Source: Patescibacteria group bacterium
GTDB lineage: Bacteria > Patescibacteriota > Patescibacteriia > JAHIZJ01
Direction: 5' to 3'
NCBI GenBank assembly: GCA_028714495.1
Contig: JAQTMH010000002.1
Coordinates: 7,219 to 71,218 of the forward strand
DNA: 64,000 nucleotides
This document shows positions 37,998 through 47,723 of the stretch, in pieces. The translations under genes and the position numbers were made by a program. Below the pieces are notes generated by a model that was given only the letters and a program-made list of their open reading frames with translations, did no database searches and was not told the DNA's origin. Position 1 is the first letter of the stretch. Every line of letters starts with the position of its first letter.

Positions 37998-38207
37998 CGG
38001 TCCCTCCTTTGCCAATTTACGCAGCTCGACAGGCTGCAACATGGCGTTGGTATTATATATCACCATTGAAAAGCGTCAAGTCGTTTTTAGTAAATTTAGC
38101 AAATATAATCATCATTACCATTTAACCGTAGCACCTTACTTCATGATTTTTAACTTTTAGTAATACAAAAAAACGGGCTAGACCGTTTTACCTTTGATTA
38201 TTCAATA

Positions 38208-38900
38208 TTACTTCCCGAAGCGCCTTTGCCTGGATTGAAAATCCTTAATCAGTTGATCGATATCGCTTTCATTAAAATCCGGCCAGTGCTTTTTAATAAA
38301 CGCGTATTCGGCGTATTCCAATTGCCAGGGCAGAAAACCCGAGGTACGCTGTTCACCAGATGTTCTGACAATCAAATCAGGATCAGGCAGCCCGGGAGTA
38401 TAGAGGTGGCTGTTAATTGTCTTTTTATTAATCCGATCGGGTGATACTTTTTCTTTGATTATCTTTTTCACCATATCAATGATTTCCGATCGACCGCCGT
38501 AATTTAGGCAAAGATGGACAATGCCTCGGGTATTATTCTTAGTTCTGGCAACCGCCCGTTTTATATAGTATTGAAGTTTACTGGGAAATTCATCAGTCCG
38601 TCCCGAAACCAGGAGTTTAATGTTCTCCTTATCAAACTTCTCTAAGCGGTTTTTAAAAACATCCTCGAACAATTTGAACAGATAATTCACCTCACGTTTA
38701 GCGCGTTTCCAATTCTCGGTTGAAAAAGCCCAGAAGGTCAGAACCTTTACTCCCCGATCAAGCGCGGCATAGCAAGTCTTTTCCATTACATCAACACCCC
38801 GCTTGTGTCCAAAAAAAGCAGGTAGATGTTTTGCTTTCGCCCACCGCCGATTGCCGTCCGGGATTATGGCTATATGAAGAGGGATCGCTGGTGTTTCCAT
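38208..38900 (-). CDS. uppS: Undecaprenyl diphosphate synthase
   Basis: HIAIIPDGNRRWA, FSTENWKR, RTSGEQRTSGFL. Confidence 0.96.
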   Translation of the reverse strand: METPAIPLHIAIIPDGNRRWAKAKHLPAFFGHKRGVDVMEKTCYAALDRGVKVLTFWAFSTENWKRAKREVNYLFKLFEDVFKNRLEKFDKENIKLLVSGRTDEFPSKLQYYIKRAVARTKNNTRGIVHLCLNYGGRSEIIDMVKKIIKEKVSPDRINKKTINSHLYTPGLPDPDLIVRTSGEQRTSGFLPWQLEYAEYAFIKKHWPDFNESDIDQLIKDFQSRQRRFGK

Positions 38901-38913
38901 GGTTAAATAAAAA

Positions 38914-39993
38914 TTAACGGTTTCGCGCAACCAAATAATCTGTCAATATCATTAACATCCTAGCACTTTTCGCCGATATTTGTCTAGCCCCCTTTAGCGA
39001 CTTTTTGGCTAAAGATACGTATTTTCGCGCTAATTTCCGCGATTTTTCAAGTGAACCAGATTTAATCATCAACTGGCGTATCCGGCTGATATCTCGCTGG
39101 TTTAAATTCGTTTTTCCGTAATGATTTTTCAGCCATAATCTGTCTTGGCGATTTGAACCGCTCAGCGCTTCAAAATACAAAAGTGTTTGCTTGCCTTCTT
39201 TGATATCAGAATCGACCGGTTTGCCCAGTTCCTTTTTACTGCCGAATACCCCCAGAATATCGTCGCGAATTTGAAAAGCCAGGCCAGCTGGAATGGCGAA
39301 TCGACTTAGCCGTCGTATTTGATCTTTCTTAGCACCGGCTAAAATCGCTCCCATAACCAACGGCGCTTCGAATGAGTATCGGGCCGTCTTTAGTTTATAA
39401 ACTCGCAAGATACCTTTTTTCGAAACTAACACCCGTGCTTCGTTATTAATATCCAGAAGCTGACCATAGTTTGTCTCCAGCAAGATCTGCCCCAAATAGT
39501 TAATAACCTTCATTCTTCGTGCTGGCGGAAACTTCGCCCGCGCGACCAAGTTGTTAGCCAGGTAATTTCCGACTACCCCGATTAAAATCGCGGTTGATAA
39601 ACCGAAATGCCTTGAATCGCCTAGAGCCAGATTTTTTCGGTGGTATTTTTCAAAATATTTGTGGACGGTGATTCCCTGCCGGCGCCAATCGTCACGGTCA
39701 ATAACATCATCGTGAATTAAAAGATAGCTGTGGATTATTTCAACAGCCGCTGAAATATCTATTATCCCTATCGGCGCTTTCTTACCAACGGCTTCATACC
39801 CGATTTTCACCAAACTGGCCCTGATTCTTTTGCTGGATCCGCGCAGCGTGAATTCAGCCAACCGGCTTATCGTTTGGACTAAGAACGGCGAAATGCCGGC
39901 TGTCTTATTTTTTTCAGTTTTAAAAAAAGTTTTGAGCCTTCGCTCAACCTGACTTTTGTACGATGAAATTTCGCGTTCAAACTCGTTTATCAT
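38914..39993 (-). CDS. Trans-polyprenyl diphosphate synthase (FPP/GGPP synthase family)
   Basis: LIHDDVID...RR, GQ.LD, KTA.Y, FQIRDDILG, DIKEGK. Confidence 0.92.
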   Translation of the reverse strand: MINEFEREISSYKSQVERRLKTFFKTEKNKTAGISPFLVQTISRLAEFTLRGSSKRIRASLVKIGYEAVGKKAPIGIIDISAAVEIIHSYLLIHDDVIDRDDWRRQGITVHKYFEKYHRKNLALGDSRHFGLSTAILIGVVGNYLANNLVARAKFPPARRMKVINYLGQILLETNYGQLLDINNEARVLVSKKGILRVYKLKTARYSFEAPLVMGAILAGAKKDQIRRLSRFAIPAGLAFQIRDDILGVFGSKKELGKPVDSDIKEGKQTLLYFEALSGSNRQDRLWLKNHYGKTNLNQRDISRIRQLMIKSGSLEKSRKLARKYVSLAKKSLKGARQISAKSARMLMILTDYLVARNR

Positions 39994-40834
39994 TGTACTT
40001 GAGCAATAGCTCAGCCTCACGCTCCAGCTGGCCGAACTGATTGCGTTCTGATTTCGTAAACTTATCCCAGTCTTTGAACGAAACAACGTCTTCAACTGTC
40101 ACTACATTAAGTCCAAAAAGTTTCCGTTTCAAATGCGCACTAAGAGTTAACAATACCGTAATCGGATAAAGTTTGGTTTTGGCGATTAACTGTTCCAAGC
40201 CCCCGCCCTCAGGGTGTCCCCAGCTGATGATCTTTATCCCGGCGCAGGCCGCGTATTTTTCAGCTTCGGTGGTGTGCTTAGTGTTGGTAACCAGCCAAGC
40301 CTGATGCATTTTTTCGGTCGGAGCCAGACGCCTGGGATCAGTTTTTTCCTTAAGCGCCTCGGCAATATCATCGAAACGTGCCTTAACATACAGCACGGTT
40401 TTTACATTTGTCCGATTGCCCTTAAACTGGTGAAATTTACATTCGAATAAATGAGTCAGATTATCCTTGTGCGCCAAGATGTCTACTTCATGAGAGACGC
40501 AATACCCGCGTACAAAAACATTGGTTTGAACCTCGTAGCCCAGTTTTTTCAGAATTCTGGCAACATATTGCTCAAACGGATAACCCGTAGGTCCGAACTC
40601 GAATAAGGCTTTTTTCAGGCTGTAGCGCATGGCCGATCCCTTATCCTCCCGGGAAAGCTCCCGGTGGGCATAGTCAAAAAGGTGTTCAGTCGATTTGAGC
40701 TTGGCCTCTAATTTCTCCGCCTGTTTGCTCAAATTCCAGACGAATTTTTCGCTCGCTCCAGATTTCAAAAGTGACCGGTGGAACTTATCTCGGTCAAAAG
40801 GCTGATATTCGCCGGTGGATTTTTTCAGCTGCAT
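39977..40834 (-). CDS. ATP-cone plus Mrr-like restriction endonuclease domain protein
   Basis: N-terminal KSTGE.QPFD..K..SL; FEQYV...EVD...ECK PD-(D/E)XK motif. Confidence 0.85.
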   Translation of the reverse strand: MQLKKSTGEYQPFDRDKFHRSLLKSGASEKFVWNLSKQAEKLEAKLKSTEHLFDYAHRELSREDKGSAMRYSLKKALFEFGPTGYPFEQYVARILKKLGYEVQTNVFVRGYCVSHEVDILAHKDNLTHLFECKFHQFKGNRTNVKTVLYVKARFDDIAEALKEKTDPRRLAPTEKMHQAWLVTNTKHTTEAEKYAACAGIKIISWGHPEGGGLEQLIAKTKLYPITVLLTLSAHLKRKLFGLNVVTVEDVVSFKDWDKFTKSERNQFGQLEREAELLLKYNDKRV

Positions 40835-41138
40835 ATTTTAAGCATACGCCTTCTATTGTCAAAAAACAAGGGTAAATTTTTCAGTCTCGACGAATCAATT
40901 GTTCTGCTCTTGTCTTCGACAGTAAGCCAAACTCCCCAAACCTCCATGCTCCATTCTTATTCTTTCGACCGAACTTTAGTTCGGGTTGAGAAAGCTTCAG
41001 CTTGAATGAAGATTCCTCGCCTTTGGCTCCGCTTACATATTTGGTGAAATCATCGTATTGCAACTCTACAATTGTTGTCGTGAAGGCAAAGAAAAAGACG
41101 GTTCTTTTTCAGAACCGTCGTGCGACGCGTCATGCCTG

Positions 41139-41618
41139 CTATCCAGGCAACTGAGTCGGGACTCTTTCAGCCTCGAAACCTTGGAGTCGCAAACGACTAA
41201 ACATCACCCGCAGGAAATCATGCGCCCAAATCAGCAGATTACGGGCTTCACTACGCTGGGCTCGTTTCCCCTCATGGACAGAATCCTTGATGGTCTTTCC
41301 GTCCCGCATATGACCGAGATGCGCTGAGGGTAATCTATCAGCCGGGACAACCGAGTCAATGAACCAGTGTCTCAACCCGACTTCCAGGGACCACAAGTTA
41401 GTGTTCCGAAACCCGCGCAAGCCCAAAGCGACTTTGGCGCAATGCAGCATGGAGAAATAGGCCTGCTCAACCGTGTCATCGAAGTCGCCCGAGAGAAAAC
41501 TCCGGCGAGCCCGAGCCAGCTCGCTGAGAGCAGTCTCCAGTTCTCCTGCCGCGGCTTGAGGGTTTGATTCGATCTTGACCAATTTGCGCCCTGCTACCGC
41601 ACCGTCAAACTGACTCAT
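41139..41618 (-). CDS. HEPN-domain protein (UPF0332-like), stand-alone
   Basis: AYFSMLHCAKVAL..G; SD AGGAGGTGA before ATG 41618. Confidence 0.7.
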   Translation of the reverse strand: MSQFDGAVAGRKLVKIESNPQAAAGELETALSELARARRSFLSGDFDDTVEQAYFSMLHCAKVALGLRGFRNTNLWSLEVGLRHWFIDSVVPADRLPSAHLGHMRDGKTIKDSVHEGKRAQRSEARNLLIWAHDFLRVMFSRLRLQGFEAERVPTQLPG

Positions 41619-41950
41619 AGCACTCACCTCCTGGTTTGGCGAACTTGAACCGCTGCCCATTCCCTATCACCAGCACAGAAGTGCTGCTTCCCTGTACACT
41701 CCAATCTATATGAAAAGAGCTTGATTTTCACCGGACAGACAAAATTAGCACGGCTAATTGGCTGATGTCAAGAGCTGAGATTATAGCGGTTCTTGAATTG
41801 GTAATAAGCCATCCAACGCACAGCTCAAACGGAATTAGCTTCTTCTTAAATGCTTGACTTAGAATGAAATATGTAATATGCTTGCAGCCGGTACTTCACT
41901 TGTGTTCGTTACAGGTTATTTGACCAAATAACGCCAAAGGGGGTGGGCTC

Positions 41951-42397
41951 ATGAAAGCGTGGTTGCCGGTTCTGGCCCTTCTGTCTCTGGCTCTGGTTTC
42001 ATCCGTGTCAGCCCAGGAGATCATCATGCCTGATTCCAGTCAAATCGTCCAATGCGTCGTCCACCTGAAACAGGTCGTGACACTCGGTGATCTCTCCTTC
42101 GGTCTTGACGGCAACCAACCCGGGCTTCTCTATGTCAAATACCGCGGACGCTGGCAGCCGGATCCGACCTTCGCTTTTGACGGCATCTCAATCAATGCCC
42201 TGGCCGTCGATCCAAAGACCCAGGAGCTACTTCTGGCTGGCTGTTACTACGATGAAGGAATCCCAGTCTGGATTCGAGTGAGTTATGAAATGATACCAAC
42301 CGGTCAATTCATTGCCGAGGTCCAAACAAGCCCGGAAATGCTTCCGGACTTTGAGCAGTTGCGCGATCCAATCATTGAACCCTGCTATCAGCGCTGA
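41951..42397 (+). CDS. Secreted orphan protein
   Basis: Signal peptide ending VSA-QE; TTGACT-17-TATGCT promoter; SD; downstream hairpin plus T-run. Confidence 0.7.
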   Translation: MKAWLPVLALLSLALVSSVSAQEIIMPDSSQIVQCVVHLKQVVTLGDLSFGLDGNQPGLLYVKYRGRWQPDPTFAFDGISINALAVDPKTQELLLAGCYYDEGIPVWIRVSYEMIPTGQFIAEVQTSPEMLPDFEQLRDPIIEPCYQR

Positions 42398-42447
42398 GCC
42401 TTGTCCTTTTCCGACCCGACCAGAGGATGAAAACCCTGGTCGTTTTT

Positions 42448-43329
42448 TTATATTAATCTTTCGCAAGCCCGCCCATTCGTGTCGGCATCAATTAGGTGAA
42501 CGTCCCTGCCGGTTTTTGCCCGGCAACAGTCGTAAAGGCTTTGAGCCTCGGCCTGTGTTTTAAAATCGCGACAGTCGTAATAATTTTCATCACAAAAGCA
42601 TTCCGGCGCATCCTCGAGTATTTCAGTACTGGACGAATCGGATTGGTATTCAGCCGTTTCAGCCCTTTCCGGCGTAGTCCTTTCCCAGAGATTTAAACTT
42701 TTCGAATCGCAAGCGCCCCACAATCCCCGGCTGGCTTTTCTTGATTCATCTTCCAGATCGAGAAATTCCTCCTCATGAGCCACATCCGGAGGTACTGGGA
42801 AAGCCCTGGCATAGCCCAGGGCTACCAGCTCGCGGTTCACAAAAGTCTCCCCGATATAAACATACCGCAAAAGCCTGCCATAACGGTCTTTGTCGCGAAC
42901 ATCTTTGACGAGCCGAACCTGTTTGCCTTCAACCAGCTCGCGATTTTTTTCAGTTGCCACTTGAGCAAAACAGTCTGGTGGTTTATGATTGGTTTCCGGC
43001 GTATCAATGCCAATATAACGAACCTTATCGCCAGTTTCAATTTCGATAGTGTCGCCGTCAATTATCTTGCTAACTTTTACAACATCACCTGGGACGGGTA
43101 TTTCAGTTTGAGCAACCGATTCAATACTTGTCTCTACGTCTATCTGATTGGAATCATCCTGAATATCATTTTGGCGATCAATCTGAAACCAAGAAATAAA
43201 TAATCCAAAGACAATAACTATTACCAATTCCCTTTTAGACGCTCGCGCAAAAATATTTTTAATAAAAGATATGATTTTTGACATATATTTATTGTCTGTC
43301 ATCATATCATAAACAAATAGGAAGACCAA
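42448..43329 (-). CDS. Thermonuclease (SNase) with Cys-rich Excalibur-like tail
   Basis: IDGDTI, VRYIGIDTPE, DRYGRLLRY, C.DF.TQ.EAQ...DAD.NG.ACE; start uncertain. Confidence 0.88.
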   Translation of the reverse strand: MVFLFVYDMMTDNKYMSKIISFIKNIFARASKRELVIVIVFGLFISWFQIDRQNDIQDDSNQIDVETSIESVAQTEIPVPGDVVKVSKIIDGDTIEIETGDKVRYIGIDTPETNHKPPDCFAQVATEKNRELVEGKQVRLVKDVRDKDRYGRLLRYVYIGETFVNRELVALGYARAFPVPPDVAHEEEFLDLEDESRKASRGLWGACDSKSLNLWERTTPERAETAEYQSDSSSTEILEDAPECFCDENYYDCRDFKTQAEAQSLYDCCRAKTGRDVHLIDADTNGRACERLI

Positions 43330-43389
43330 AGCCGCTTGCTGGCCCGGCTTCCCCGGGTCGAAAGCGGCAAGCGCGTAAGTCTAAAATTA

Positions 43390-44805
43390 CTATTGATGGA
43401 CTATCACCGGCACGCCTACGTAAGCCCAGTTGTATAGCCATTCAGAATTCTCGCGGTTGATGTTTATGCAGCCGTGGCTCATCTTGTGGCCAAAGTTATT
43501 ATGCCAGTAGGCATAGTGCAGGTAGTAGCCATTATTAAAACGCAGGTTAAAATCAACGTCTTTCAGGTCGTAGTTGTCCGGATGATTCGGCCCATAGGAC
43601 CATTCATAATCCTTTGTCGGTATTTTGGCCAAGACTTCGAAGTTTCCGGTCGGCGTGGGATATTTATTGATTCCGGTTGAAACCAAAAATGTCCGGTCGA
43701 GCATTCCGTTTTTGTACGCGTAAAGCCGCTGCTCTTTGATATTAACTTCAATGTATTTGTAATAGTCGGTCCGTCCCTGGATGGTTTTTCTTCCCGGAGC
43801 CGTGATAATTTCGTTTAGTCCGTCTTTATCAATATCGCCGATTGCCAGATGGACGCCTCCACGGAAATCGCTCTCGTAGGCAAAAAAGTTCTGGGGCATT
43901 ATTTTGCCACTGCCCTCAAAAGCCCTGACCTGCGGACCGCCGCCAGCCGCTACGGCAACCAGGATTTCATTAAAACCATCTCTATCCAAATCACCCGAGG
44001 CGATCTGAAATCCTGTCTGGACCGCTTCTGGCCAACCCTCAAACTCAGCTAGAATCGTCCGCTGGGCATTCGCTTTGTAAGTCTTTATCCTGGATCGGCC
44101 AAACCGGTAGATTGAAGTGATAATCTCGGATTCTTTCCCGCCATCGACATTTCCGACTGCCACATCCACTCCGCCTTGATCCCTCTCGGCATAGGGGTAA
44201 ATATCCAAATTCTTCGAAACCCCAAAACGGTCAAAAACCTTGACGTGCGGCCGGGCGCCCACTCCCACGCCTGTCACAATTTCCGAAAAGCTGTCACCGT
44301 CAACGTCCCCACAAGCCACATTTATTCCGCCGCGAAAATCCGGATGAAAGGCGTAAAAGCCCGGCGTGAAAATTGCCTCACCCAGATAAGTCAAAGTTCT
44401 GACATGCGGCCCGCCGCCTTCACCCGAGCCAGTGACGATTTCAGCGGTTCCATCATTGTTCAAATCACAAGCTGCCACCTTGATGCCACCCCGGAAAGAC
44501 TGCGGATAGACAAAAAAGGTTGAGATCTGCGAGCCATCGGCCCGCAATACCCTTATGTTCGGTCCGCCGCCCGGCCCAGCGCCGACAATGATCTCATTAT
44601 CGCCATCACCATCCACGTCACCGATAGCCACAGAAGCTCCGCCTTTAAAGCCTTCGGCGTAGGCCAGCCAGGAATTTTCGAGATTTACCTTGGCGCCATC
44701 GTAAATTCTGATTTCGGGGCTGCGATAGTCGCTGGCCTGGGCTTTTGGGATAATAAACAAAAATAACCCGAAAACCGGAAGACTGAAGTAAATAAACCGT
44801 TTCAT
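43390..44805 (-). CDS. Secreted FG-GAP-repeat L,D-transpeptidase (paralog of 3876-5309)
   Basis: GDVDGDG repeats; HYAYWH...SHGCIN. Confidence 0.9.
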   Translation of the reverse strand: MKRFIYFSLPVFGLFLFIIPKAQASDYRSPEIRIYDGAKVNLENSWLAYAEGFKGGASVAIGDVDGDGDNEIIVGAGPGGGPNIRVLRADGSQISTFFVYPQSFRGGIKVAACDLNNDGTAEIVTGSGEGGGPHVRTLTYLGEAIFTPGFYAFHPDFRGGINVACGDVDGDSFSEIVTGVGVGARPHVKVFDRFGVSKNLDIYPYAERDQGGVDVAVGNVDGGKESEIITSIYRFGRSRIKTYKANAQRTILAEFEGWPEAVQTGFQIASGDLDRDGFNEILVAVAAGGGPQVRAFEGSGKIMPQNFFAYESDFRGGVHLAIGDIDKDGLNEIITAPGRKTIQGRTDYYKYIEVNIKEQRLYAYKNGMLDRTFLVSTGINKYPTPTGNFEVLAKIPTKDYEWSYGPNHPDNYDLKDVDFNLRFNNGYYLHYAYWHNNFGHKMSHGCININRENSEWLYNWAYVGVPVIVHQ

Positions 44806-44899
44806 AAATTGATAATAATATTGAAAAATATTCTATTTCAATGATAGCTTTATTCGCGGTTTTAGTAAAGAAAAAGTCCGGCCTTTTACAGCTGGACTT

Positions 44900-45973
44900 C
44901 TAGGTTTGTGCTATTTGGGAAGCCCGATCCGATTTGGCTCCTGTTCCGCTTTCATTTCGGCCGTTCAAGCCAAGCTCTTGTCTGATCCGGCTGGCCAGTT
45001 CGCCAAGCCGACCATCCATCGCTTCAGGAGTCACAATAAGTCTCTGCCAATCTGCTCCGTTACGATAGGTCACGATTACGCCAAGCTGGCCAGTTTCGAC
45101 TTCAGTCGGCTGCGAGGCGTCATTAAGTCCGTCATGTTCAGCCGCTCTCACAGAACTCACTCCCGGGATTTCACTGATCAAACGGGCGATCTCACGACAA
45201 CCGGTGATGAACCGGTCATCGCAAACGCGTCCTGCCTTGCCATCTCCCCTGGTCAGCGCCAATGCCTGGCTTCGACGAATCATGCTGTTCAGATCGAAAT
45301 GCCGCCGACTTAGAATCTCGGTTCTCAGGGCAGCTGGATTCATCGCGATCGTCGTCACGACTCGAATCGCTCTTTTGATGCTTCTTCCGTGGAACGTGAC
45401 CAAAAGTTCATAGCCGCGAATTTCGACTTCCTTACTGACTTCGCTGGCAATCCGGTCCCTGACTATAACCTCGCCCGGAATCACCTGGGCCACGCCGCGC
45501 CAACGACTTAGCTGTCCGCAGAAGATATCGCAGGCGATGGTTTCCTTGTCAACCAGTCTAACCAGACCCCGATTGGGCAATTTGTCATAACTGGCACCCA
45601 GACCAAAACCGCCTTCGAGAGCGATCCCACTTTCAGTCATGACCTGGCTGTATATGCCCTGAATGTCAATCCGCGAGCCAACCATCCGAATCAATTCCCA
45701 CATCAGCACTGAGCTGGTTACTCCGCTGATCGGTATGACATTAAACCGGCGGATTGTCTCGATCCCAATCATGGTTCCCTTAACCGAATACCCATCCTCC
45801 AGAAAACAGACGTTTGGGACTCTCAACTCCCCTTTTCTGGGTTTAACGGACTCAAGGAGTTCGACCGCCTGGACATGGGGCAACCCACTCAGAAATTCTA
45901 ACAGTTTCTCAACTGCCCTTTCGTCGATCATGGCGCCTTTAGGCTCCATTTCGTTCGTGGAAGCAGCGTCCAC
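44900..45973 (-). CDS. Orphan hypothetical protein
   Basis: 357-aa ORF; GTG after a G-rich SD; TTGACA-17-TAAGCT promoter. Confidence 0.65.
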   Translation of the reverse strand: MDAASTNEMEPKGAMIDERAVEKLLEFLSGLPHVQAVELLESVKPRKGELRVPNVCFLEDGYSVKGTMIGIETIRRFNVIPISGVTSSVLMWELIRMVGSRIDIQGIYSQVMTESGIALEGGFGLGASYDKLPNRGLVRLVDKETIACDIFCGQLSRWRGVAQVIPGEVIVRDRIASEVSKEVEIRGYELLVTFHGRSIKRAIRVVTTIAMNPAALRTEILSRRHFDLNSMIRRSQALALTRGDGKAGRVCDDRFITGCREIARLISEIPGVSSVRAAEHDGLNDASQPTEVETGQLGVIVTYRNGADWQRLIVTPEAMDGRLGELASRIRQELGLNGRNESGTGAKSDRASQIAQT

Positions 45974-46186
45974 GCCTTTCCCCCCCTTTCTCTATGAAAA
46001 GAACTGTCTTTTTCAGTTATTCGCCTCTGCTGCAACACAATGTCAAAAGCTTATAGAATTTGTTAAGCCGTGTCAATGACTTTATTTTGGGGGTATGGGG
46101 CATGAGAGATATTGACAAAACAAAAGCAATCATTTAATATCCCTAATTATCGCCGTTCTTTGACCCATACCAAGGAGGAGGGATTC

Positions 46187-46432
46187 GTGAAGCGAAAAGG
46201 AGTTCAAAATCCAAGAAGCGAACAAGTTCTATGGCAAGCCAGATGTACCAGGGGCAATGGAGTTCGTCCCCGGAGATATGTCATCACCGGCGGTTGCTGC
46301 GTCACAAGGTGGCCGACTGTCCGCATAATCAGGGAACCAAGAGGCATCTGTCTTATCAGCACGAAGGGGCGGCGTCTGGTCATGACTCCGAACCTCCGGG
46401 CAACTCCATCCCTTCCGCGTTTTCCGCGCTGA
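46187..46432 (+). CDS. Small basic orphan protein (81 aa)
   Basis: TTGACA-17-TAATAT, SD AAGGAGG, GTG start, terminator AAGGCGT/ACGCCTT. Confidence 0.55.
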   Translation: MKRKGVQNPRSEQVLWQARCTRGNGVRPRRYVITGGCCVTRWPTVRIIREPRGICLISTKGRRLVMTPNLRATPSLPRFPR

Positions 46433-46490
46433 GGCGTGGATCCAAAAAAGGCGTTTCGCTAGAGACGCCTTCTTATTTTTGCTGAAGACA

Positions 46491-47723
46491 TTATTCCTTG
46501 AACAACACCCCTTCTTTCTGGTAAATCCGGCTGGCAATATACATCGTCACCAAAGCCGTGACAATCATCATGCCGACGGTCAGAAGTATGTGGCTGGTAT
46601 TATAAACGCCGATTAGTACTTCTTTGAACAAGAGCACGGTATTGACTATGGGTATGGCGAAAAATCCCAAGGTCGCCTGAAAGCTGGGAAGCATGTTAAC
46701 GAGCACGACTGGTAAAATGACTACGAGATACGACGGCCCGATATAGCTTTGGGCTTCTTTGTAACTTTTGGCGAAAATCGCCACCGAAAGATTTAGGGCG
46801 GAGAAAAGCATGACCAATAAAATGCTCACCCCGAACATTATGGCCACGGCTTGGGGTTCAAGCGAAAAATTTATGCTAGAAGTATTGGATTGAATAACTC
46901 CGCTGGCCTGCGAACTCGTAGCCGCCGTGAAAAAATCAGCTCCGCCAAAGGCAAATACCGCGTACATGCTTCCCAGCGCGACTATTTCCGAGGTTAAGGC
47001 GGCTGTCGCTACGGCTAGAAATTTGCCAAAGACGATCTGCAAACGGCTGACCGGCGTAAGAATCAAGGCCTCCAATGTTTTACGTTCTTTCTCGCCGGCT
47101 GATGTGTCAACCGCCGCGTTCTGCCCCCCGATTACGGCCCACATAATAATAAACAGAGGTAGAAGATAGCTCAGGCCAAAACCGCCCAATTCTTGCTCAG
47201 TCGCTACCTCTTTGGCTTGGAGAGACAGACCGTTTTGGATTTCCGGTGTGATGTTTTTACTTCCGAGCCGTCCCTGAAGAATCAGCTGATTGTACTGGGT
47301 TACCGCGGTCGTGAGCCTGGCTAAAGCGGTTGATGATTTCGAATTAAGAGAATTTCGGTAGACTTCAGCGACAACCGGTTCTTCGGCCTTTATGGCTGAC
47401 TGGAAATTATCCGGAAAAACCACGGCTGCGTCAACTTTCTTATTTTTAACTTCGGCTTGGAAATCGCCGGCCAGAGCTTTTACTTCAACTTTTGGTAATT
47501 GGCGTAGAATTGTTACAAAATCTTGGGCGACCGCTTCGTTCACGACGCCGATAATCACAGCCTGCTCTTGGGCGTTCTTGATTTGCGCCATAGTAAACTT
47601 ACCCATGCCAACTATTATCCCAGGCATCAGAACCATCGGTAAAATTATGGTCGACATCAAGGTCCGGCGATCGCGGATATTGTCTTTTAGCTCTTTTTTC
47701 CAAATGGTAAAAACATTCTTCAT
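46491..47723 (-). CDS. ABC-2 permease, NatB-like
   Basis: KKELKD.IRDRRTL, AGEKERKTLE.L..PV, AKSYKEAQSY. Confidence 0.9.
   Translation of the reverse strand: MKNVFTIWKKELKDNIRDRRTLMSTIILPMVLMPGIIVGMGKFTMAQIKNAQEQAVIIGVVNEAVAQDFVTILRQLPKVEVKALAGDFQAEVKNKKVDAAVVFPDNFQSAIKAEEPVVAEVYRNSLNSKSSTALARLTTAVTQYNQLILQGRLGSKNITPEIQNGLSLQAKEVATEQELGGFGLSYLLPLFIIMWAVIGGQNAAVDTSAGEKERKTLEALILTPVSRLQIVFGKFLAVATAALTSEIVALGSMYAVFAFGGADFFTAATSSQASGVIQSNTSSINFSLEPQAVAIMFGVSILLVMLFSALNLSVAIFAKSYKEAQSYIGPSYLVVILPVVLVNMLPSFQATLGFFAIPIVNTVLLFKEVLIGVYNTSHILLTVGMMIVTALVTMYIASRIYQKEGVLFKE

Noticed and set aside
40881-41063. 60-aa ORF upstream of the ATP-cone gene
   Set aside because: No recognisable motif or SD, so it cannot be supported
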